Shown here one piece after another: positions 44,773-54,704 of a stretch of 64,000 nt of DNA (within the stretch, counting starts at the first letter, position 1; each line of letters opens with the position of its first letter). The DNA is taken from IMG/VR virus record IMGVR_UViG_2923088545_000001, positions 40 through 64,039 of that record. One strand, given 5' to 3'. Made by a program: the position numbers and the translations under genes. The stretch is from a virus (taxonomy: Duplodnaviria > Caudoviricetes). The notes beneath the pieces were generated by a model that did no database searches, was not told the origin of the DNA, and was given only the letters and a program-made list of their open reading frames with translations.

Positions 44773-45864
44773 ATGTCACAGATTTTCTCTAATGATTTGA
44801 TTGGTAAAACAGAATCGGTACAAGACGAATTACTACTTTTAAATCCGCACCAAACTCCGTTGCTTGCGATGCTTGGTTTTTCTAATCCAGTAACACAAAC
44901 CGAGCACCAATGGTTCGAGGACGAAATGTTTGCGTATGAAGGCAACGTTACTGACGCGGTTGCTGCCGACGCAACTGTTCTTAAAGTATCTTCTGCAGAA
45001 CCTTTCCGTAACGGGCATGTCATTAAACTTGGCGAAGAACTAGCGCTTGTCACTGCGGTTAATAAGTCAGCGAAGGAACTAACAGTAGTCCGCGGATACG
45101 CTAACACTACTGCGGCGGCAATTACTGCGAATGAGAAAGTTGAGGTTCAGTTCGTAGAAGGGTCGGAGGGTGCTGACGCTAGACAAGGTCGCTACAAGCC
45201 ACGTAAACGCGTATCAAACATTACGCAAATCTTTGACGAAACTGTTGAAATTTCCGGTACTGCTGCGGCTGTCGCCAATTACGGCATCACGGATATGTAC
45301 GAGTACGAAAAGCAAAAGAAACAGCTTGAACTAGCGCTTCAAATGGAAAAAGCATTTATCGGCGGTATTCGCTATGAGAACGGCTTGGTGCGTCAGATGG
45401 ACGGAGTTCGCAGCTTCATTAAAACTAACGTGACTGATCTTGCCGGTCAAGAGCTTTCGCTAGAAGCTATCAACGACGCTGTTCAGTCAATCTACACTAA
45501 AGGCGGATTCAAGTCCGGCGGTCAGTACGAAATCATCGTACCTGCGAAACAAAAGCGTATCGTATCTAAGTTTGATAAGACGTTAGTACGAGTGAACCAA
45601 GGTGAAGAAAGCCGCGGAACGGTTGTTAACTTCTTGACGACTGACTTCGGAGAGTTTCCGGTATCTATTAACGATAACTTGGCAGCGGACGAAGTACTTA
45701 TCGTTGATAAAAACCGTATCAAAATCCGTCCTTTACAGACTCGCGACATGAGCCATGAATACCTCGGCAAAAAAGGCGACTACTTCCAAGGCATGATTGT
45801 TGGTGAGTACACGCTAGAGTTTCAACAAGAACCGGCTCACGCACGTATTAAAGGCGCTAAGTAA
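44773..45864 (+). CDS. Major capsid protein (SU10/DUF5309-like)
   Basis: TPLLAML, HQWFED, SNITQIF, ELALQMEKAFI, VGEYTLE. Confidence 0.88.
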   Translation: MSQIFSNDLIGKTESVQDELLLLNPHQTPLLAMLGFSNPVTQTEHQWFEDEMFAYEGNVTDAVAADATVLKVSSAEPFRNGHVIKLGEELALVTAVNKSAKELTVVRGYANTTAAAITANEKVEVQFVEGSEGADARQGRYKPRKRVSNITQIFDETVEISGTAAAVANYGITDMYEYEKQKKQLELALQMEKAFIGGIRYENGLVRQMDGVRSFIKTNVTDLAGQELSLEAINDAVQSIYTKGGFKSGGQYEIIVPAKQKRIVSKFDKTLVRVNQGEESRGTVVNFLTTDFGEFPVSINDNLAADEVLIVDKNRIKIRPLQTRDMSHEYLGKKGDYFQGMIVGEYTLEFQQEPAHARIKGAK

Positions 45865-45919
45865 TACAGGCCCGCACTCGCGGGCTTTACTTTTTTGATA
45901 GAACGGAGGTAATGCGGAC

Positions 45920-46141
45920 TTGGCAACGTTTGAGTCACGATATAAAGAATTAACGTTTTATGTAGGCGGTGCGCCTCGTAAGTTTTCGGACGGAATCTAC
46001 ACGACTACAGATCCGGAAGAGATCGAGGTACTAACCGCACTCGTCGACGCTGTTTGCACGGCTGAAGACGAACCAAAAACGGAGGATAAACCGAAGCCGG
46101 CGCCAGCTAAAAAGCCCGCCAAGAAATCCTCCGCAAAATAA
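45920..46141 (+). CDS. Small head-associated protein
   Basis: GGAGG RBS; K/P-rich tail. Confidence 0.65.
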   Translation: MATFESRYKELTFYVGGAPRKFSDGIYTTTDPEEIEVLTALVDAVCTAEDEPKTEDKPKPAPAKKPAKKSSAK

Positions 46142-46156
46142 CAGGAGGTGAGGCGT

Positions 46157-46543
46157 TTGGCGGCTACGGTCGAAGGTGCAAACGAATATATCAATACGTT
46201 TTTAGTAGATACCGAGGATTGGGTCGACGCAGATGAATCGAAGAAGAGCCGGCTAATAAACCGAGCTTCTTCGACTTTGACGCGTGTTTTCCCTACGTAC
46301 GTCATACCCGACAAAGCGGTTTACGAGTTCGTTAACGTACTAGCAATCGCGTACAACGACACCAACCGTCTGAACAAACACGGAATTTCTTCGTACTCAA
46401 TCACGGGCGTCGCTGCGTTTAATTACAAAGACACGCTACGGAGTGAAGACGAAGACCTTATCCCGCGCGAGTCAATCAGCGCGATCGAAGAAGAAAACGG
46501 CGTTCAAATCGGAGGCAAACGCATCAGAAGGACGGTGCTATAG
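46157..46543 (+). CDS. Head-tail connector/adaptor
   Basis: ANEYI...W...KSRLINRAS; position. Confidence 0.7.
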   Translation: MAATVEGANEYINTFLVDTEDWVDADESKKSRLINRASSTLTRVFPTYVIPDKAVYEFVNVLAIAYNDTNRLNKHGISSYSITGVAAFNYKDTLRSEDEDLIPRESISAIEEENGVQIGGKRIRRTVL

Positions 46544-46882
46544 ATGGCTATCTTTCCGATGCGCCAAACTATTACTGTGAAGCGCCTATCTTCTGAACGA
46601 GACGTTTGGGGAAACCCGATCGCGGAAGCCGAAGAGTTAATGCTAAAATGCCGCATCGACGAAGGCTCTGCCGCAGTCAAGTCACGAAACAATGGCGTCA
46701 CTAAGTCCGAAGAAACAGTCGCATCGGCTCGTATTCTATTAGATCGCCTGGCTGACGTACGTTATACCGACGTTATCTCTTACACGAATGAACTCGGAGA
46801 AACTATGGAAAAGAGACCGAAGGAAATCAACGTTAAGAGACATATCGGCGGTAAAGCGATTCTGACGGAGGTGCTTCTATGA
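46544..46882 (+). CDS. Head closure protein
   Basis: DVWGNP; position. Confidence 0.7.
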   Translation: MAIFPMRQTITVKRLSSERDVWGNPIAEAEELMLKCRIDEGSAAVKSRNNGVTKSEETVASARILLDRLADVRYTDVISYTNELGETMEKRPKEINVKRHIGGKAILTEVLL

Positions 46883-47289
46883 GTTTTACGTTTGATGCGA
46901 GTAACTTTATCAGCGGAATAAGCGCCGCTAGCCGTGGAGCACTCGAAGGCGCGGCACAAGCGCTTGGTGATTCGGGAGACGACCTCGCTAGGGTTGCGCA
47001 GAACATCGCGCCGATTGACAAAGGTACGTTACGAGGCAGCGTCACGAAGAAGTTTAAATTGACGCCAGGAAAAGCGTCGGTTGACGTTTCATTCAGAGCG
47101 GTCGAGGACGGCTTTAACTACGCAATTTGGACGCACGAAATGGACTACAAACTCGGACCTACGTCGGCGGGTGCTGGCGGAATTGACGGCTACGAGGTCG
47201 GAAACAAATACCTCGAAAGGCCTCTAAAAGGAAACGCCGAGAAATACGTCCGTTGGATTGCCGATGGTGCACGCGGAGGGCTGACCTAA
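46879..47289 (+). CDS. HK97 gp10-like neck protein
   Basis: APIDKGTLRGS, YAIWTHE, KYLERPL. Confidence 0.8.
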   Translation: MSFTFDASNFISGISAASRGALEGAAQALGDSGDDLARVAQNIAPIDKGTLRGSVTKKFKLTPGKASVDVSFRAVEDGFNYAIWTHEMDYKLGPTSAGAGGIDGYEVGNKYLERPLKGNAEKYVRWIADGARGGLT

Positions 47290-47663
47290 TGCGTATAGTC
47301 GAATTAATTAACTTCATCAAAGCGCGAGTCGACGGTGATTACTACGCAAATAAGTTTTCAATAGACGGCGAGGGAGCGGAAATATCCGTTAAATTAACGG
47401 GCGGCTTCCCTACGTCTAAATACACCGGACTAAAGCGGCCGTCTTTTCAAATACTCGTCCGAGGCGAATCAAGAGACGGCGCAGGGGCGGAAGATAAGGC
47501 GTTTGAGCTATACGATGCGCTTACGAATCTATCCGAGGTTCAGATCGGCGGGAGCTCAATCGTACAAATACGCTGCAATAACTCGGCGCCGTTGTATTTA
47601 GGAGACGACGAATCCGATCGTCCAATATATTCATTAAATTTCGATTGCGTAGAGCGTCCTTAG
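47289..47663 (+). CDS. Tail terminator / minor structural protein
   Basis: FQILVRG; R...SLNF; position before tail tube. Confidence 0.75.
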   Translation: MRIVELINFIKARVDGDYYANKFSIDGEGAEISVKLTGGFPTSKYTGLKRPSFQILVRGESRDGAGAEDKAFELYDALTNLSEVQIGGSSIVQIRCNNSAPLYLGDDESDRPIYSLNFDCVERP

Positions 47664-47705
47664 GGGCGCTTTTTATTTTGCGCAAATATAAAAGGAGGAA
47701 AATAG

Positions 47706-48248
47706 ATGGCGGCAGGAATTAGAGGAATTAACGTTCCTATCGGTCCGGCAATCGTCGAATTTGGCGAAGGTTCCGAGCTAGTTACGTTTGATATCACGAA
47801 AGGCGGCATCGTCTTCAAGGCGGAGACGTCAATTCAAGATACGACGGTTGATCAGTACGGAGACACACCCGTTAAGTCAACGATGAAAGGTCGGAATGCG
47901 GAAGTGACAGTGCCATTTGCGCTTCACGATTTAGAAAGATTAGCCGCAGCAATGCCGAATAGCCGACTCGTGAAAGATAGCACGGACCCGGTGAAGATGA
48001 AATTAGTCGTTTCCGGTAAAGCAGGCTTCGATATGTTAGCAGCGGCTAAAAAGCTCGTTATCAAACCGACGGCTACAGGCACAACACCAAACGACTATAT
48101 TACGATCCCACTTGCGGGCGCTATGTCAGATCCGGAATACACGTACAACTCAGACGATGAGCGTATCGCGAATCTAACGTTCAAAGCATATCCGGATACG
48201 GACAACGACGGCGACCTATTTATCATGGGCGACGAAACAGCGGAATAA
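47706..48248 (+). CDS. Major tail (tube) protein
   Basis: IGPAIVEFG...TKGG...VDQYG. Confidence 0.8.
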   Translation: MAAGIRGINVPIGPAIVEFGEGSELVTFDITKGGIVFKAETSIQDTTVDQYGDTPVKSTMKGRNAEVTVPFALHDLERLAAAMPNSRLVKDSTDPVKMKLVVSGKAGFDMLAAAKKLVIKPTATGTTPNDYITIPLAGAMSDPEYTYNSDDERIANLTFKAYPDTDNDGDLFIMGDETAE

Positions 48249-48304
48249 TAACAAAAGGCATCGCTTAGCGGCGGTGTCTTTTTATTTTGAAAGGAGGTTA
48301 CGCA

Positions 48305-48688
48305 ATGAGCTTATTTGGTATCGGAGGTACGAAAAAGGTATCAAACGAACTTACACTCGGCGACAAAACGGTTCAAGTACCGAAGCTAACGCCGGTCAAA
48401 TGGAAGGAACTATTCGAAGTAGTCGATCGCTTGCCGCATTTATTCTTTACGGTTTTAAGCACAAACGGTCAGGACGATTTTGCAGCTACCTTAGTTGCGG
48501 CTATTAATCTAGCGATGGATGAAGTCGTAAAGATTGTCGCAGTCCTTTCCGGCCTGGACAAAGACTACGTGCATGAAAACGTCGGTACTGACGAGATTGT
48601 CGAGTTTTTAATCGCGGTCGTTGAAAAGAATCGTCTGCAATCCGTAGCAAAAAACCTGAAAAGCCTTCTTCCGAAAGTAGCGGAGTAA
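48305..48688 (+). CDS. Tail assembly chaperone (G)
   Basis: Between tail tube and tape measure; slippery site near the end. Confidence 0.8.
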   Translation: MSLFGIGGTKKVSNELTLGDKTVQVPKLTPVKWKELFEVVDRLPHLFFTVLSTNGQDDFAATLVAAINLAMDEVVKIVAVLSGLDKDYVHENVGTDEIVEFLIAVVEKNRLQSVAKNLKSLLPKVAE

Positions 48689-49002
48689 GACGAACGGATG
48701 AAGGCGAGTACACAATCGATGACTACTTAATAGATGCGGCGGTTCTGCTCGGCGTCACGCAGCGGCAGATAGAAAACGATTATTACATGGTTGATATTCC
48801 GAAAATCTTACGCTCCAAAACGAAGGCTAATGCGATAGATCGTCTGTCGATGATTTCGTTGCTTGTCGGTTCTGAGGGACGCGTCATGGACGACCGCGAA
48901 TACCAACGTCTCGTAAAAGACTTACGGAAACAGGCCGGCTATGTTGAGCGCGAAGAATTTGACCGTGAAAAGTTCGAGCAATTGCGGAACTTCTTTAAAT
49001 AA
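48305..49002 (+). CDS. Tail assembly chaperone GT via -1 frameshift at A-AAA-AAC (48649-48655)
   Basis: -1 frame is open from the heptamer into the 48787-49002 ORF. Confidence 0.75.
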
Positions 49003-49023
49003 CGGAGGAAAGGAGGAAATCTA

Positions 49024-51846
49024 TTGGCGGGTGTATCAGTAGGCGAAATCACAGCGACGCTGACGCTACAATCGAATCAATTTACGGCCGGCGTAGCGCA
49101 AGCCCAGGCGCAGATGCAGCAGATGGGCAATTCGGCCAAGTCGCTAAGCTCGCAAATGGGCCTCGTACAGAAAGCGGCCTTGGCGGTCGGCGGCGCAGTC
49201 GTAGTCGGCATCGGAGCCTCAGCGAAAGCGGCGGCGAACTTCGAGCAGCAAATGAGCGCCGTCAAAGCGGTATCAGGCGCCACGGCGGGCGAGATGAAAA
49301 CGTTGACCGATCTCGCAATCAAGCTAGGTGAATCGACGTCGTTCAGTGCGACCGAAACGGCGCAGGCGACCGAAGAACTTGTAAAGGCCGGCGTAACGAC
49401 TAAGGATATCATAAACGGCGGCTTAGCAGGCGCGCTCGATCTAGCAGCGGCGGGCAATTTAAATCTTGCGGATGCGGCCGAGATTGCCAGTACGGCACTT
49501 AACGCTTTCAAGGCCGACAGCTTATCGGTATCTGAAGCGGCCGACATACTCGCAGGCGCAGCCAACGCCTCAGCGACGGACGTAGGCGAAATGAAGTTCG
49601 GCTTGGCGCAGGTATCAGCAGTCGCGTCTGGAATCGGAATGTCGTTTAAAGACACTGCGACGGCACTTGCGGTTTTCGCGCAGAACGGAATTAAAGGTTC
49701 AGACGCCGGTACGTCTCTTAAAACGATGCTATCGCGGCTAGAACCGCAGACGAAGCAGCAACACGAAGAAATGATGGAACTCGGTCTCATAACGGCAGAC
49801 GGGACTAATAAGTTCTTCGACCAAGCCGGCTCTTTAAAAGACCTGGCGACTATCTCCGGCATTCTACAGAACGCGTTCAAAGGCCTATCGGATCAGCAGC
49901 GGCAGTCTTCGCTTCAGACGTTATTCGGTTCGGATGCGGTCCGTGCTGGAACGGTGTTTTATAAAGAAGGCGCAAAAGGCGTTGAGGATATGGCGGCGGC
50001 CATGTCGAAGGTAACGGCGGCTGAAGTAGCGAAAGTAAAGCTCGATAACTTCCTCGGATCAGTCGAAGAATTCAGCGGCGCAGTCGAGACGCTGGGTATT
50101 AAGCTCGGAAACGAGTTCTTACCGCACCTACGGAAGATAGTCGACATTGGAGCCGATTTAGTTCGGGCGTTCAGTTCGCTTAACCCTAGCGTAGTAGCGA
50201 CGGGCGTCGCAATGGTCGGTACGTCGGCCGGAATCGCCCTTACGGCTTCTTCTGCGATAAAGCTTGGCTTTGCGTTGCGCGGTCTATTCGCCGCAATGGG
50301 ACCGGCTGGCTGGATCATAACGGGACTATCGATACTCGGCGGCTTGTTAGTCGGCGTTTCCGCGGGCTACAAGGCGCTAAATACCGTTAACTTAGAAGCG
50401 GCGACCGCGAAACAAAAAGAAGTCGAAGGCATTAACAAAACGATTAAAGGCTACGACGACCTCAAAGCGCGCATCCAACTAAGTAATGACGAACTATTGC
50501 GATATCTCGACATTACAGACGAATTAGCCAACGAAAAAGACTCGAAAGCGATCAAGAAGCTAAACGCGGAACAAGAAGAACTTCGTAAAAAGTCCGGTCT
50601 GACGAACGCCGAGTTCGACGAGTTCTTGCGGCTAAACGATCAGATCATAAAGAAATCACCGGAAACAGAAGCGGCTTTTTCCGCGCAGGGTAACGCAATC
50701 GCAAAGAATACCGAAGCAATGAAACGGTTGAGTGCGGAAAAAGCGGAAGAGCTACGTTTGGAACTCGAAAAGCAAAAGACGATTGCCGAACGGAACATGG
50801 AAGGCAATCTAGCGAAAGAGGCGCAGTTAAAGAAAGATATTAATGAAGCGGCGGCTCAGCGCGTCGAGAAAGAAAAGGCCGTTACTGAACAACTAGCGAG
50901 AGTTAGAGATATTGAATCGAGAATTGCGGAGGCAAAAAGAAACGGGAACGAGGCTCAAGCGCAGTCGCACGAAGTCACCCTGAATACGGAGAAGCTGCGC
51001 CTGGAGCAGATGCGTAATGAATTGATTAAAAGTACGGAGCTTCTACAGAGTAAAAAAGCGAATCTTGCGGAGGTCCAAAAAGAACTAGCTAAACTCGGTC
51101 AGGTTAATCAAAAACTAATCGACCTAGAACTCCGCCAAGTCGGGTTAAAAGCAAAACGCGAGCAAGCGGTTAGCGTTATCGATAAAGAAATCGCAAAACA
51201 AGAAGCGGCGAAGCAGAAGCTAATAAGTACGACTTCAGCAGGGCAGAAGAAAAGCGAAGAGTATAAACGAGCCGTTAATAATATCAACGAAGAAATCGCA
51301 AAGCTTGAAGCTGCTCGTGCTAAAGTCGCTGAAATCACCGGCGAAGCTCGTAATATGAACGAAGAACTTGCGAAAGACATCTCGAAGCAGATCACGCTAA
51401 ATAAAACTGAATTTGTTACGGTTCAAAACAGAAGCGGCGGCAAAGACGTCGGCGTTCATAGTGGAGGCGGCCACGCAGTCGGCGAATATCACGTCGGAGG
51501 CATCGTTGGTAAACCGGCAGGCAAGCTACATTCCGGCGGTCTAGCGTCTAAGTTCGGCAATCCCATGAGCCGCGAAGTTGATATCCGCGCGTTAAGAAAC
51601 GAAATGGTCTTGACGGAAGCGCAGCAAGCGAATTTATTCCGCATGATCGACGCCGGACATACGGCTCGTGTTGCGTCAGCAGGCGGCTATAGTCCGCAAA
51701 TGCAATCGGATCTATTAGCGATCAGAACTGCGATCGAAGCGAGCAAAGGTGCGACTGTCATCATGGATTCGGAAGTAGTCGGGCGCCTAGTCGAACCGCA
51801 CGTAAGCAGACGGCAGATGGACGAAATAGATCGAAGCAGCTATTAG
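49024..51846 (+). CDS. Tape measure protein (TP901-type)
   Basis: FEQQMSAVKAVSGAT, FSATETAQA, GSDAGTSLKTML. Confidence 0.95.
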   Translation: MAGVSVGEITATLTLQSNQFTAGVAQAQAQMQQMGNSAKSLSSQMGLVQKAALAVGGAVVVGIGASAKAAANFEQQMSAVKAVSGATAGEMKTLTDLAIKLGESTSFSATETAQATEELVKAGVTTKDIINGGLAGALDLAAAGNLNLADAAEIASTALNAFKADSLSVSEAADILAGAANASATDVGEMKFGLAQVSAVASGIGMSFKDTATALAVFAQNGIKGSDAGTSLKTMLSRLEPQTKQQHEEMMELGLITADGTNKFFDQAGSLKDLATISGILQNAFKGLSDQQRQSSLQTLFGSDAVRAGTVFYKEGAKGVEDMAAAMSKVTAAEVAKVKLDNFLGSVEEFSGAVETLGIKLGNEFLPHLRKIVDIGADLVRAFSSLNPSVVATGVAMVGTSAGIALTASSAIKLGFALRGLFAAMGPAGWIITGLSILGGLLVGVSAGYKALNTVNLEAATAKQKEVEGINKTIKGYDDLKARIQLSNDELLRYLDITDELANEKDSKAIKKLNAEQEELRKKSGLTNAEFDEFLRLNDQIIKKSPETEAAFSAQGNAIAKNTEAMKRLSAEKAEELRLELEKQKTIAERNMEGNLAKEAQLKKDINEAAAQRVEKEKAVTEQLARVRDIESRIAEAKRNGNEAQAQSHEVTLNTEKLRLEQMRNELIKSTELLQSKKANLAEVQKELAKLGQVNQKLIDLELRQVGLKAKREQAVSVIDKEIAKQEAAKQKLISTTSAGQKKSEEYKRAVNNINEEIAKLEAARAKVAEITGEARNMNEELAKDISKQITLNKTEFVTVQNRSGGKDVGVHSGGGHAVGEYHVGGIVGKPAGKLHSGGLASKFGNPMSREVDIRALRNEMVLTEAQQANLFRMIDAGHTARVASAGGYSPQMQSDLLAIRTAIEASKGATVIMDSEVVGRLVEPHVSRRQMDEIDRSSY

Positions 51847-51861
51847 GGAGGAGGTGAGCGG

Positions 51862-53289
51862 TTGAGCAACGCTAGTTTTATCAAAGCGATAGCGCCGGAT
51901 GCGCAGAAAATATACCGGAATTACAACATACTCGCGTCGCTTATCATTGCGCAGGGGTGCTTGGAGTCCGGCTACGGTAATTCAGGCCTGGCAACGAAAG
52001 GGAAGAACCTATTCGGCGTCAAAGGGTCGTACAAAGGCGAGTCAATTCGGATGCTTACGTGGGAGGTATATAACGGCCGTAACGTTCAGGTCTACGCCGA
52101 CTTTCGTAAATATCCGTCATGGTACGAGTCGATGCAAGACCTCGCGAAGTTATATATTAACGGAACGAGTTGGGACCCGAATCACTACAAAGCAGTCGTC
52201 GGTCAAACGAACTATAGAAAAGCAACGAAGGCGCTCGTAAATGCCGGATATGCAACGGACCCAGCGTATGCGACGAAACTGAACAACATCATCGCGACGC
52301 ATAACCTGACGAAATACGACACGAAGAAGACTACGGATACTAGTACCGACGTTGATAAGCCAGCGCAGCCAAAGCCGGAACCGTCCGTTGTTGATATGGA
52401 CGAAAACTTTAATGAAGATGCGTTCTCGCCGGATATTGTTTTCGGGCGATCTTCAGCGATTCCACGTTCGGACGCAAACTTCCGAATACAGTATCGCAAT
52501 GGAACGATTATTGATATGGCGAGGGATCTGTCGGTTCTAGTTCGAAGCTTGGTCGTTTCGGCGCCGTCCCCGAATATCACTTACGAAAACATACCGGGTA
52601 AAAACGGTTCTTATCGCACGGGCAAAGATTTCGGAAATCGCCGGATCACAGCCGAATGTACAATGTACGCCGAAGACGCGGCCGACTTCTACTTGCTACG
52701 CGACGAAATATATAACGCTCTCTACCAAGAATCCGAGTTTTATCTAGTCGCGGAAGGCAACCCGAAAAAACGTTGGCGAGTGGAGCTGAGCGATTCTTTT
52801 GATCCGGAAAGAAGCGGAAGCGTGGCCGATTTTTCGCTAACGTTCGAAAGTGCATCTCCTTATTGCGAATCGGTCGGAACGACGCAGGACCCGTTCACAT
52901 TTGACGCGAGTCTTTGGCAGTTCGGAGAAAGCTTAGAAGATACTATTCCGGTCTATAAACACACGTCAAAAAGCTTCCGTATTTACAACGCGGGGGCTAT
53001 TCGTATTGATCCGTTAGAGCTACCATTTGTCATTTCGTACAAGGGGGCTTCGTCTAAGTTAAAGATCACGAACAAAACGACAGGCGACGAGTGGCAGTAT
53101 GTAGGAGATTCGACGGCTAAAGAGACGATCATACTAGACGGCGTCAAAGCTCGCAAAGAAGGCGTGAGTATTTTCGGAGACACAAACCGACAGACGATTC
53201 GGCTCGAGTCGGGATGGAACGAATTTATAATATCGGGAACGAGCGGGTCCTTCGAAATCAAATTCGATTTCCGATTCTATTATTTCTAG
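51862..53289 (+). CDS. GH73 N-acetylglucosaminidase fused to distal tail protein (Dit)
   Basis: IIAQGCLESGYG, NLFGVKG, GYATDP..YA; C-half siphophage Dit ending FRFYYF. Confidence 0.82.
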   Translation: MSNASFIKAIAPDAQKIYRNYNILASLIIAQGCLESGYGNSGLATKGKNLFGVKGSYKGESIRMLTWEVYNGRNVQVYADFRKYPSWYESMQDLAKLYINGTSWDPNHYKAVVGQTNYRKATKALVNAGYATDPAYATKLNNIIATHNLTKYDTKKTTDTSTDVDKPAQPKPEPSVVDMDENFNEDAFSPDIVFGRSSAIPRSDANFRIQYRNGTIIDMARDLSVLVRSLVVSAPSPNITYENIPGKNGSYRTGKDFGNRRITAECTMYAEDAADFYLLRDEIYNALYQESEFYLVAEGNPKKRWRVELSDSFDPERSGSVADFSLTFESASPYCESVGTTQDPFTFDASLWQFGESLEDTIPVYKHTSKSFRIYNAGAIRIDPLELPFVISYKGASSKLKITNKTTGDEWQYVGDSTAKETIILDGVKARKEGVSIFGDTNRQTIRLESGWNEFIISGTSGSFEIKFDFRFYYF

Positions 53290-53300
53290 GAGGTGGCGCG

Positions 53301-54692
53301 ATGGAGCTACTTATAAAAACGGTAAGAGGCGAATTCGAGGCGCTTACCGACTACGATTGTACGGTTCGGGAAACGGTCGAGAATGAAAAGTCGCTCGATG
53401 TGTCGGTTTTAAGTACGAGAAACAACGACCACTCATTCGGGTTGATCGAGAACGAAAATATACTCATTTGCGACGGAGAAGAATACGTCATCAAAAAGAC
53501 GCGTCCAGTCACGGTAAATGAAACGATAAGGGTCGAGGCATCCGGCGTCTATAAGCCGTTAATCGACCTCGCAGACAACTACGTTTATAGCAAAAGCGGA
53601 AAGAAGCGGAAAATGACCATTGACGACATGGTTGCGATCGCACTCGAAGGATCGGGCTACACATTCGACATATCACCGGAAGGACTGGACGCTACGTTCG
53701 AACTCGAAGATTTCGGCGACGGTTTCTCTAACGATTTACTGCGAGATATTCTCGATAAGTACAAAGCGGAATACACCTTCGACGGCAAAACGGTTGTCAT
53801 TGCGAAGGAGTTGGCTCGCGATACCGATTATCAGATTCGTTATAAATTCAATTCCCGAGACGAATCGGTTGAGATCGATACGAGTTCGCTTAAGACGTAT
53901 ATCCGCGGCTATGGAAAACAGAACGACAAAACGAAAGCGTACGCTGTAGAGCTCGAATACACGAGCCCATTGGCGGAAATTTACGGGATAAAGCACGCGG
54001 CACCTATTCGTGACGATGCGTATACTTCGGCTAATGCTGACGAGTTAGAAATCCGTTTGCAAGAGGAACTGACAGATACGATCGAGCTATCACTAACGTT
54101 GACATATACAGAGCTTCGTCATTTCGGAGTCCAAGATATACGTAAAGGCGACTACGTATGGTGCATGATCGATCCATTCGGAATCAACAAACGGATTAAA
54201 GTTGTCGGAGTCGAGCGGTATTCCGATCCGACTAAGTCGCCGGTTTATACTTTCGGAAAGCTGAAGCGTGATATTAAAACGGATATGAAAGGTTTCCGTA
54301 AGACGGAGAAACGCGTATCTAAACTGTTCGATGCAGCCGGAAAGGTAAAAGGAACGACTATCGGAGCCGGAATACGTATCGGAAGCGACGCCAACTTTGA
54401 CGACGGCTATGACCCGACAACTATTCCGAAGTACGGGCCGGCGACTGCGGTTTCTGACGGCTTAATGACGTCGGGCGATTTTCAGAAGCTACAAAGCATC
54501 GTCGTTGGTCCGGATGGTAAGCCGCAAGTAGACATGGCAAGCGCATCAAAAGCCGGCCTAATGTCGTCAGCAGATTTCATAAAACTATCGAAGGTCATCG
54601 TCAGTTCTTCGGGGGCCAACGTTGACCTAAACAAACTCGTAACGGACCTAACGGCGCTAACTGCGAGAGTGGCCGCGTTAGAATCAAAATAA
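53301..54692 (+). CDS. Tail-associated lysin/baseplate hub (prophage endopeptidase tail family)
   Basis: IDTSSLKTYIRGYG; GLMS repeats. Confidence 0.8.
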   Translation: MELLIKTVRGEFEALTDYDCTVRETVENEKSLDVSVLSTRNNDHSFGLIENENILICDGEEYVIKKTRPVTVNETIRVEASGVYKPLIDLADNYVYSKSGKKRKMTIDDMVAIALEGSGYTFDISPEGLDATFELEDFGDGFSNDLLRDILDKYKAEYTFDGKTVVIAKELARDTDYQIRYKFNSRDESVEIDTSSLKTYIRGYGKQNDKTKAYAVELEYTSPLAEIYGIKHAAPIRDDAYTSANADELEIRLQEELTDTIELSLTLTYTELRHFGVQDIRKGDYVWCMIDPFGINKRIKVVGVERYSDPTKSPVYTFGKLKRDIKTDMKGFRKTEKRVSKLFDAAGKVKGTTIGAGIRIGSDANFDDGYDPTTIPKYGPATAVSDGLMTSGDFQKLQSIVVGPDGKPQVDMASASKAGLMSSADFIKLSKVIVSSSGANVDLNKLVTDLTALTARVAALESK

Positions 54693-54704
54693 AGGAGGCA
54701 CTAA

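Noticed and set aside
42130-51395. Long minus-strand ORFs opposite portal, minor capsid and tape measure (e.g. 49077-49880)
   Set aside because: Shadow frames of Ala-rich real genes, without RBS or recognisable motifs
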